DNA from: Octopus bimaculoides
Taxonomy: Eukaryota
Reading direction: 5' to 3'
Length of the DNA stretch: 39,474 nucleotides
Assembly: GCF_001194135.2 (NCBI RefSeq)
Contig: NC_068981.1
Coordinates: forward strand, 1,890,016 to 1,929,489
Under the pieces are notes generated by a model, which worked only from the letters and a program-made list of their open reading frames with translations, was not told where the DNA came from and did not search any database. Numbering within the stretch: the stretch's first letter is position 1; every line of letters starts with the position of its first letter. This document shows, piece by piece, positions 1 through 9,256 of this stretch. The position numbers and the translations under genes were made by a program.

Positions 1-90
1 GTGGTGGTGGTGGTGGTGGTGGTGGTGGTGGTAGTCTTGGCTGTGGTAGTGGTAGTGGTGTAGGCTGTGGTGGTGGTGGTGGTGGTACCT
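1..90. repeat. (GGT)n-type trinucleotide low-complexity repeat
   Basis: Near-pure gtggtg run at the window start. Confidence 0.95.
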
Positions 91-362
91 TTTAATGTCT
101 CCTCTACAATTGTCATTACTGTTATCCTTATTTTTATTACGGTGTTGTTTCCCGAACCACTTGAATAAATTGTCTGTTTATGGAAGCAACATCAATCGGT
201 TGCATAACAATGACCTCTCGCTTAGGTGACAGGCAAAACATTTACGAGTCATCAGTAGAACGGCGCTTCGGCTGGCAATTGCTTATGTCAACTACATCAG
301 CCAGGACACGGACCTTGCAAAGGGATTGTGTCAACTACAGCAGCCAATAGGAAGAAGTAGGG

Positions 363-1112
363 GGAAGAAGAAGAAGAAGAAGAAGAAGAAGAAGAAGAAG
401 AAGAAGAAGAAGAAGAAGAAGAAGAAGAAGAAGAAGAAGAAGAAGAAGAAGAAGAAGAAGAAGNNNNNNNNNNNNNNNNNNNNNNNNNNNNNNNNNNNNN
501 NNNNNNNNNNNNNNNNNNNNNNNNNNNNNNNNNNNNNNNNNNNNNNNNNNNNNNNNNNNNNNNNNNNNNNNNNNNNNNNNNNNNNNNNNNNNNNNNNNNN
601 NNNNNNNNNNNNNNNNNNNNNNNNNNNNNNNNNNNNNNNNNNNNNNNNNNNNNNNNNNNNNNNNNNNNNNNNNNNNNNNNNNNNNNNNNNNNNNNNNNNN
701 NNNNNNNNNNNNNNNNNNNNNNNNNNNNNNNNNNNNNNNNNNNNNNNNNNNNNNNNNNNNNNNNNNNNNNNNNNNNNNNNNNNNNNNNNNNNNNNNNNNN
801 NNNNNNNNNNNNNNNNNNNNNNNNNNNNNNNNNNNNNNNNNNNNNNNNNNNNNNNNNNNNNNNNNNNNNNNNNNNNNNNNNNNNNNNNNNNNNNNNNNNN
901 NNNNNNNNNNNNNNNNNNNNNNNNNNNNNNNNNNNNNNNNNNNNNNNNNNNNNNNNNNNNNNNNNNNNNNNNNNNNNNNNNNNNNNNNNNNAGAAGAAGA
1001 AGAAGAAGAAGAAGAAGAAGAAGAAGAAGAAGAAGGAGGAGGAGGAGGAGGAGGAGGAGGAGGAGGAGAATGAGGAGGAGAATGAGGAGGAGAATGAGGA
1101 GGAGAAGAAGAA
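363..1112. repeat. (GAA)n/(GAG)n microsatellite spanning assembly gap 464-990
   Basis: Pure GAA on both sides of the N-run, grading into GAG and GAGAAT units. Confidence 0.95.
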
Positions 1113-1199
1113 GAGTACATATATACAGAGAAAGAGGGTGTGAAGAGAGATGTACATATATATACATATCTGTATTTTTCTTTTTACGTTTGCCATTCT

Positions 1200-1363
1200 C
1201 TTGACAACCATTGTTGCTCGTAACTTAGCTGTTCGGTAAATGTGACCGATAGAATAAGTACCAAACTTAAAAATAGGAACTGGGGTTCAATTTGTTCGAC
1301 TAAACCTTTCAAAGCACTGCTCCAGTATGGTCGCATTCCTATGACTGAAAGGGGAAAGATAAG
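1200..1363 (+). mobile_element. Family A SINE, 5'-truncated and diverged
   Basis: ttgacaacc...gtaacttagc...gaccgatagaataagtacc...ctgggg...gactaaa...gcactgctccagtatggtcgc...atgactgaaa aligns by eye to the 3' half of the copy at 3895-4292. Confidence 0.85.
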
Positions 1364-1603
1364 CATAGAAGTGCGAAACAGGTGGTACGACTATCATGAT
1401 CGTACTAGACACTTTAGAAAGTGTACAGAAGTAACAAATAACTGAATGTAAGGGAGTGACACGTCTTGGTGTATCTAGTGCGATGCTTTAAACTTACTGT
1501 CCATTTCATTGATGTAGAGTTAAGGTTTGTAGTTGAGTCGGGTTCAAAATCTTTAACTGTCGAAAAACATTTGCAGACATTTATGTTGATAACAAATGTG
1601 GTA

Positions 1604-1790
1604 GTGGTGGTGGAAGGCCGCAACGGCGATAGCAGCGGTAGCGGCGGCGGTGGTAGTGGTAGTGGCAGCATCGGCGGCAGCGGAGGTAGCAGCGGCGGCG
1701 GTGGCAGTGGTGGTGTTGGTGGTTGTAATGGAGACGGTGGAGATCATAATGAAGATGACAATGATGATGACATCGATGACGATAAAGTCA
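1604..1790. repeat. GC-rich compound trinucleotide low-complexity tract (GGC/GGT/AGC/GAT)
   Basis: Degenerate triplet repeats; produces spurious Gly/Ser/Asp-rich ORFs. Confidence 0.85.
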
Positions 1791-2243
1791 CGGTGTGATT
1801 TGAGCGCGATTTAACAGACGCTTCTAGCAGAGTGAACCCCCTTATTGGGGCAGCCTTAACCGCTTATTCGTCTTCTTGTTAATACTTTGCATGGTTTCAG
1901 GCGATAATTCGCAATAAAAATTTGTCAAGTCTAACAAAATTCATAGATATTTTTTTTATTAATTTTTCTTTATGGCACCGCACAATCCTACACTTACACA
2001 GCTACACTAACACATACACGTACAATCGCAGAACTATATACACACACATGCACATACACACACATATACATACGTGCACACGTTCTTCAGAATGTCCTCC
2101 GCGTCCACGCCCACTTCAACCATTTTCGTCACATTTAAGACAACAAACTCTATTTATTGGATTATGTATGCCCTCAAAACTTCATAAAAAGCGTTGGGCA
2201 TGCATGTGCTTACCTGCATGTGTTTGTGTGTATATATACATAC

Positions 2244-2296
<53 letters not shown>

Positions 2297-3848
2297 NNNN
2301 NNNNNNNNNNNNNNNNNNNNNNNNNNNNNNNNNNNNNNNNNNNNNNNNNNNNNNNNNNNNNNNNNNNNNNNNNNNNNNNNNNNNNNNNNNNNNNNNNNNN
2401 NNNNNNNNNNNNNNNNNNNNNNNNNNNNNNNNNNNNNNNNNNNNNNNNNNNNNNNNNNNNNNNNNNNNNNNNNNNNNNNNNNNNNNNNNNNNNNNNNNNN
2501 NNNNNNNNNNNNNNNNNNNNNNNNNNNNNNNNNNNNNNNNNNNNNNNNNNNNNNNNNNNNNNNNNNNNNNNNNNNNNNNNNNNNNNNNNNNNNNNNNNNN
2601 NNNNNNNNNNNNNNNNNNNNNNNNNNNNNNNNNNNNNNNNNNNNNNNNNNNNNNNNNNNNNNNNNNNNNNNNNNNNNNNNNNNNNNNNNNNNNNNNNNNN
2701 NNNNNNNNNNNNNNNNNNNNNNNNNNNNNNNNNNNNNNNNNNNNNNNNNNNNNNNNNNNNNNNNNNNNNNNNNNNNNNNNNNNNNNNNNNNNNNNNNNNN
2801 NNNNNNNNNNNNNNNNNNNNNNNNNNNNNNNNNNNNNNNNNNNNNNNNNNNNNNNNNNNNNNNNNNNNNNNNNNNNNNNNNNNNNNNNNNNNNNNNNNNN
2901 NNNNNNNNNNNNNNNNNNNNNNNNNNNNNNNNNNNNNNNNNNNNNNNNNNNNNNNNNNNNNNNNNNNNNNNNNNNNNNNNNNNNNNNNNNNNNNNNNNNN
3001 NNNNNNNNNNNNNNNNNNNNNNNNNNNNNNNNNNNNNNNNNNNNNNNNNNNNNNNNNNNNNNNNNNNNNNNNNNNNNNNNNNNNNNNNNNNNNNNNNNNN
3101 NNNNNNNNNNNNNNNNNNNNNNNNNNNNNNNNNNNNNNNNNNNNNNNNNNNNNNNNNNNNNNNNNNNNNNNNNNNNNNNNNNNNNNNNNNNNNNNNNNNN
3201 NNNNNNNNNNNNNNNNNNNNNNNNNNNNNNNNNNNNNNNNNNNNNNNNNNNNNNNNNNNNNNNNNNNNNNNNNNNNCTTAATAGCTTTCAAAAAAATGGC
3301 ATCGTTAACGTTTTTATTGGTCAGCTTAAGATGGGAGTTATTGAGCGCAGAGTTGGATAATGACGGCAACACTTAGAATTTTATTTTGAAAAAAATTTTC
3401 GTTTGTAAAAGAAGTGTTCATGCTGAATGAGCCATAAAGGAAATAAACAAAAATGGGATGGAATGTAGGAGGAAATAAATGAATAAATAAAGAATTTAAA
3501 AAAAAAACAAGGAAAAAATAAATAGATATAGGATGTATAAAAATTATTGAATATAAAAATTCAGAGAAGAAGAAACGGGAGTAGAGTAATTATTTTATAA
3601 ATAAGATAATGAAGAAGTAGAGAGAAGGGGATTATGAAATGAAGAAAATATATTGTAAAGTGAAAAGTTGGTTGGATGGATGGATGGATGGATGGATGGA
3701 TGGATGGATGGATGGCCTGTGTAACACAATTACCGTTGTACAATTTTAAGGACGACGAATGCGCTCTCATCTTTCGATAAGGACATTGTTCTACAATGTA
3801 TAAGACAATATTTTATCAAAGGATATACACACAAATATGTTTATATAT

Positions 3849-3894
<46 letters not shown>

Positions 3895-3897
<3 letters not shown>

Positions 3898-4292
3898 TGG
3901 CTGTGTGGTAAGTAGCTTGCTTACCAACCACATGGTTCCGGGTTCGGTCCCACTGTGTAGCACCTTAGGCAAATGTCTTCTCCTATAGCCTCGGGCCAAC
4001 CAAAGCGTTGTGAGTGGATTTGGTAGAAGGAAACTGAAAGAAGCCCGTCGTATATATGTATATATATGTGTGTGTTTGTGTGTCTGTGTTTGTCCCCCCA
4101 ACATCGCTTGTCAACCGATGCTGGTGTGTTTACGTCCCCCGTAACTTAGTGGTTCGGCGAAAAGAGACCGATAGAATAAGTACTAGGCTTCCAAAGAATA
4201 AGTCCTGGGGTTGATTTGCTCGACTAAAGGCGGTGCTCCAGCATGGCCGCAATCAAATGACTGAAACAAGTAAAAGAGTAAAAGAGAGAGAG
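3895..4292 (+). mobile_element. Family A SINE, near full length (tRNA-derived head, CORE-like domain, internal TA/TG microsatellite, (TAAAAGAG)n tail)
   Basis: A-box-like tggctgtgtggtaag and B-box-like ggttcggtccc, then CORE-like caccttaggcaaatgtcttctcctatagcc, ending tgactgaaacaagtaaaagagtaaaagag. Five related loci occur in the window. Resembles described octopus tRNA-derived SINEs (OR2 is the reported CORE-type), but the exact family name is not verified. Confidence 0.9.
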
Positions 4293-4366
4293 TATATATA
4301 CATGTAGACGGACAATTCGTCGACAGACAGTTGGCCGACAAACAGACAACTGACAGAGAGGGCAAT

Positions 4367-4479
4367 TGTGTGGTATGGTGCAGAGTCCTGTCGCCAGACA
4401 TAGGGTGTTCCAGAGCAGCACAACCTCTTCCAGGCACTTGATGTAGGCCTCCCTGTTGAGTCTGAGGCCGTGTGGGAAT
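4367..4479 (-). mobile_element. Tc1/mariner DD37D (maT-like) transposase fragment
   Basis: Minus strand reads FPHGLRLNREAYIKCLEEVVLLW and, after a small frameshifting deletion, PYVWRQDSAPYHT. This matches the second catalytic-Asp motif (YVWQQDSAPxH) of DD37D transposases. Confidence 0.8.
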
Positions 4480-4635
4480 TGTCTGTCGGTGAATTGTTTG
4501 TGTGTGTGTGTGTATGTGTGTGTGTATATATGTATATATATATGTATGTATGTATATATATGTATTTTTATATACATACATGCACACACACACACATATA
4601 TACAGAGAGAGAAATAGAGAGAGAGGGAGAGAGAC

Positions 4636-4668
<33 letters not shown>

Positions 4669-4957
4669 AAGAGTTCTGTGTAGCACATGAAGTTCTACGC
4701 GAAAGCTGTTCAGTCGAATTTTCTAGAAATTTTGTGGACTGTTATAAAAGCTGGGATTCGGAATTCCTTGACAGAACAACCTCTGGTGTTACACAGAGCC
4801 CTGCCGATCAGTTTCGTAACAAGGTGTTCTTCGTCTTTCTATTTTCTACGTCTTTAACCGCCATGAATAATTTTCATATAATCCTTAAAACCTTTCATAT
4901 AATTAAAACTGGCAACTGTCACATTCTCTAGCTCTTGGGTGATGTTTTATTTAATTA

Positions 4958-5258
4958 TTGTGAGTGGATTTGGTTGGCGGAAACTGAAAGAAGCCCGTCG
5001 TATATATATATATATATGCAACTGTGTGTGTGTATGTTTGGTGGGTCTGTGTTTGACCACCGTTACTCCTTCACAACCATTGTTGGTGTGTTTACGTCCC
5101 CTTATCTTACTGGTTCAATAAAGGAGACCAATAGAATAAGTACCAGGCTTTAAAGAAAAAGAACGTATCGGGGTCGATTAGTGCAACTAAAATATTTCAA
5201 GGCGGTGCTCCAGCATGACCGCAGTCTAATGACTGAAACAAGTAAACGGCTAAAAAAT
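4958..5258 (+). mobile_element. Family A SINE, 5'-truncated
   Basis: tgtgagtggatttgg...gaaactgaaagaagcccgtcgtatata...aaggcggtgctccagcatgaccgcagtctaatgactgaaacaagtaaa matches the 3895-4292 copy. Confidence 0.9.
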
Positions 5259-5298
5259 AAATATAAATGCAAATGTTTCGGATATTGACAAATATATT

Positions 5299-5730
5299 CT
5301 TTTCTCCTCCAGGCACAAGGCCCGGAATTTTTGGGGGTGGGGCCATCGATTAGATCTACCCTAGTACACAACTGGTACTTAATTTATCGACCCTGAAAGG
5401 GTGAAAGCAAAGTCGACCTCGGCAGAATTTGAACTCAGAACGTAGCGGCAGACGAAATATCGCTAAGCATTTGTCTGGCTTGCTAATGTTTCTTATTTCT
5501 TTATTGCCCACAAGGGGCTAAACATAGAGGGGACAAACAAGGACAGACAAAGAGATTAAGTCGATTACATCGACCCTCAATGCGTAACTGGTACTTGATT
5601 TATCGACCCCCGAAAGGGTGAAAGGCAAAGTTGACCTCGGCAGAATTTGAACTCAGAACGTAGTAGCAGACGAAATACCGCTAAGCATTTCGCACAGCGT
5701 GCTAACGTTTCTGCCAGCTCGCCGCCTCGC
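5299..5730 (-). mobile_element. Family B SINE dimer (B2 unit 5494-5727 joined to head-clipped B1 unit 5299-5493), with target-site duplication
   Basis: Minus strand has a tRNA-like head (ggcggcgagctggcagaa...gagttcaaattc) and a shared middle domain (cctttcaccctttcgggggtcgataaatcaagtaccagt). The B2 tail ends gggcaataaagaaataag and is followed by a second unit starting at agaaacattagc. Flanks attgacaaatatatt (5284-5298) and attgacaaaatatatt (5731-5746). Confidence 0.9.
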
Positions 5731-6167
5731 ATTGACAAAATATATTGAAACATAAATATTAACGTGGTCTTTCACACCTTCAAACACAGCCTACCTCCAT
5801 GTTGAGGACTGCCTACGATGAAAGCCTAAAATCGACAAAAATCCAGTTAATGGTCAATATCCTAATAAACTGGATAAATTTAATTCCATGGAGAAAGTAT
5901 TTGCCATTTAGTTTGAGGAACATGGATTTATATCAAGTTACTAATACATTGCTGTGACTTAGATAAAGATCTTCAAGTGCCTTCGTTCTCGTCAGATTGG
6001 TGAGAACAACACTGGTTGAGTGTTTGACTAACTAGAAACGGGACGATTATTTTAGGGGTTTTTCAGTGCCAATGTCAACTGTTTCCACATACGGATAGGA
6101 TAAGGGGAGGGCAGCAGACATCGTGGCGGAGGATGATTTAGGTTAGGGAGAGAGAGAGAGTGGGAAG

Positions 6168-6174
6168 AGAGGTG

Positions 6175-6229
<55 letters not shown>

Positions 6230-6437
6230 GGAAATATATAAATAGAATGTATGTGTAAAGAATGTTTCCGAATTACTGTTGAGATAATCATCATTAACGT
6301 AAATCTTTAAATTATACACACAGACACGTATATACACATACGTATATATATATACATGCATACATACATATATGTATGTGTGTGAGTATATATATGTATG
6401 TATATATATATATATATATACATATATATACATACAC

Positions 6438-6468
<31 letters not shown>

Positions 6469-6550
6469 CATATATACATATATATATTTATGTATGTATA
6501 CATGTATGCACACACACACACACACATACACGCGCGCACACACAAACACA

Positions 6551-6588
<38 letters not shown>

Positions 6589-6600
6589 TACTTACATATA
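6168..6600. repeat. Compound (GA)n, (TA)n, (CA)n microsatellites
   Basis: Direct inspection. Confidence 0.95.
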
Positions 6601-6952
6601 AATATAATGTAATATTAATGCTTAGTGTCCGGGGAAAAACATAAATCTCTCCCCCACGGAAACAAAAAAAAACGAAAAGAAAAAGAGGAAATTCTATTGA
6701 TTGTCAGAGTTGAACCGTTTTTGCTTATAAAAAGGCGTTCGTTTATGTGAAAATGGAGTTTTAATCTTTAGTAAAGCAGTTAAACATCGTAAAATATCTG
6801 ACAGCCAGAAACAGGCAGAAGGTAACTTGACGCTTTTTTCCTGACATTTTTGCCTTAATAAAGTAGAAGAGTTACGTTTGGGTGTCTTCGTTTTACTTTT
6901 TCCATTTCTTTCTTTTTTTTTTTTTTTCCTTTGCGCGATTAATTAAGGGACG

Positions 6953-7087
6953 ACGACGACTACGAAGAAGAAGAAGAAGAAGAAGAAGAAGAAGAAGAAG
7001 AAGAAGAAGAAGANNNNNNNNNNNNNNNNNNNNNNNNNNNNNNNNNNNNNNNNNNNNNNGAAGAAGAAGAAGAAGAAGAAGAAGAAG

Positions 7088-7118
<31 letters not shown>
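6953..7118. repeat. (GAA)n microsatellite around gap 7014-7059
   Basis: Direct inspection. Confidence 0.95.
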
Positions 7119-7119
<1 letters not shown>

Positions 7120-7274
7120 GAAGGGGACAATTATAGTGAAACATAATCTGTACCCTATGCTTATAAATTTTGAAAAACCAAGAAAAAAAAAGAAAAAACG
7201 CAAACAAAAAAGAATAAATAAATTAAGCATTAAAACATTTCGTTATATAGAACATAAATAATGTTTTATTGAGA

Positions 7275-7336
7275 GATAATATAGGAAACGTATATGTGAT
7301 AATGTAGGAAACATTATATGTGATAATGTAGGAAAT
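7275..7336. repeat. Short tandem repeat, 23-24 bp unit, about 2.6 copies
   Basis: gataatataggaaacgtatatgt / gataatgtaggaaacattatatgt / gataatgtaggaaat. Confidence 0.85.
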
Positions 7337-7659
7337 GTGTTTTTGTGTGGACTTTCTGGTGTATAGTTTTAGTGCATGGTGCTTCTGTATACTTTGTTTC
7401 CCCCTTTCTTTTAGAAAATATTTCTTCATTTCTCTTCTAAACTAATAACAGATGCACTTAGAACGGTTCTTATTGGATTTTGTTTCCTTGACGGAGGAAT
7501 TTTTTGTTTTGGGAGTCATTATTTTGTTGTTGTTGTTGCTTTTTTCCGCATGCGCTCAAAATTTACATCTGAAAATTTTGTGTATAAAAAAAAAATTCTT
7601 TTGTATTTCCATAAATTTCCTGGTTAGAAAAATTATTGTCTTCGACTAAACCAACGGTT

Positions 7660-7784
7660 AAAAACGTCCGTCCTCTCTGCCTCATCCTGTACAACAGATG
7701 ATTTCTCGAGATGAATGCCTCAGTTTCAAGGTTTTGAACAGTATGTCTACAATAAGTATGATATACAGAATATTATTGTATGTA

Positions 7785-7818
<34 letters not shown>

Positions 7819-7865
7819 NNNNNNNNNNNNNNNNNNNNNNNNNNNNNNNNNNNNNNNNNNNNNNN

Positions 7866-7919
<54 letters not shown>

Positions 7920-7999
7920 CGTGTGTGTATACATACATACATACACATATATTATATTACATCATATTATATCAATTGCTAGCGAGGGCACAGTATTTC
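7660..7999. repeat. Orphan Tc1/mariner TIR (7660-7689, TA at 7690) plus flank, duplicated at 9227-9491
   Basis: aaaaacgtccgtcctctctgcctcatcctg|ta...gctagcgagggcacagtatttc recurs in the same order at 9227-9491 with substitutions. Confidence 0.85.
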
Positions 8000-8002
8000 C
8001 TA

Positions 8003-8202
8003 TATCTTACCCAGATGCACTTTTATAGCCATTCATTGCTTGAAAAAAGTCCTGTTATATTTTTATACTTAGATATTATTATTAAATGGTTAAAATATTC
8101 CGTATATCGTACAAGTATAACCAATTTATTTTACATAATTTTTAACAACAAAATATTGTATAGACCCCTAGGAATCATATGGACCGCGGTTGAGAACTAC
8201 TG
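8003..8202 (-). mobile_element. hAT-type (Charlie-like) MITE, one end truncated
   Basis: Reverse complement begins cagtagttctcaaccgcggtccatatg and aligns over about 170 bp to the element at 28079-28340. The CAGTGGTTCTCAAC-type terminus is typical of hAT/Charlie MITEs. Confidence 0.75.
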
Positions 8203-8707
8203 ACATAAGTAGTCCCTTCAGAAATTGTTCCTTTTATGAATAGGCATGAGGCTTGGAAACCTGGGGAAGGGATCTGTTGATATTAACTAACCAAATACTT
8301 GGCTCCATTACAGCTGCCTCATTCTGTAGCTGGCGCATTCCTTACTCTCTTCTGTTCCAATACGAATCACATAAGATGAACTTTTAACCATTAATGCCAT
8401 TTGGCTATTCTCCAGCCAACTACCGACCAACTAGCTCTGAAACAACCATGTTTGTACACCTTTTACTATTTCACATGCACTTTTTGTAAAAGCACAGTTG
8501 TATAAAAACTTATCATCTAAACTTTGATTGAATGTTATTCGTCACACCAATGTACACACAGCTTAGCACAACACAAGCAAAAAAACTGGATTTATGTTTG
8601 ACTCCTCACTAAAATGCAACAACCACGAATATTTTACGATCCCTGAACGGATAAAAGACAATATTGACTTCCCCAGAAGTGATATTACTGTGCTTTTGAA
8701 ATATATA

Positions 8708-9256
8708 TAGGGTGAAACAGAGAGGACGGACGTTTTTGAAAAATTCACAAAATCATTAATTTTTAACTGCAAACAAATTTTATTGACATCAATGTGTTTG
8801 CATTGAATTAGCATTTGTCAAAATCAAGTGTGAAAAACAACATCCATCATGTGGTGTCCGTTTTCATTGATGCATTTCTGAAAGCTTTCTGACGCGTTCC
8901 GCATTTTCGGGATCTGTACCGTTCGTGGCGCCCCCACCATTCATTAGTGTACCTCGCGTACGAAATGCATTCACCCAACGTGAGGTTGTGTTACGGGTGG
9001 GAACAACCTGATTTCGGTGAATGTTGAAGTGGTGCCGAAACTCACGTTGAACTTCTGTGACAAACTCGTTATTCTTCACGTAACTGTCGTAGGCAAACAC
9101 GTGATGCCCTATCGTCCACAGCGCCATGGCTTCACCTGAAAAGAAAAAAAATGCAAAGACACGACGGACCGAATGGCACCAGTCAGACATATGTTCCTTC
9201 CCCTGGGGTTGAGTAATAGTCATTTTAAAAATGTCCGTCCTTTCGGCCTCATCCAG
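8708..9256 (-). mobile_element. Internally deleted Tc1/mariner element, DD41D/rosa-like (DUF4817-type N-terminus), 549 bp
   Basis: 30-bp TIRs at 8708-8737 and 9227-9256 (22/30 match) with TA at 8706-8707 and 9257-9258. Minus ORF from the ATG at 9127 reads MALWTIGHHVFAYDSYVKNNEFVTEVQREFRHHFNIHRNQVVPTRNTTSRWVNAFRTRGT...PENAERVRK, fused out of frame to the C-terminal QKCINENGHHMMDVVFHT* (stop 8824-8826). Subfamily call is from motif recall. Confidence 0.8.

Noticed and set aside
1466-1798. 110-aa Gly/Ser/Asp-rich ORF
   Set aside because: The Gly/Ser/Asp-rich part is translation of degenerate GGC/GGT/GAT repeats, and there is no recognisable domain or splice context.
3895-3960. tRNA-like sequences with A and B boxes (also at 5650-5727, 25218-25300, 27577-27675)
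   Set aside because: These are SINE heads: no closing acceptor stem, and most continue into shared SINE bodies.
5299-5730. Repeat-spacer-repeat look of family B arrays (also 26551-27163), superficially CRISPR-like
   Set aside because: The units are 200-240 bp SINE monomers with no unique spacers and no cas genes, in a eukaryotic context.
7449-8022. 11-bp direct repeat cagatgcactt at 7449 and 8012 as a possible TSD
   Set aside because: The second copy lies inside the MITE homology region, and an 11-mer match over this distance in AT-rich DNA is plausible by chance.
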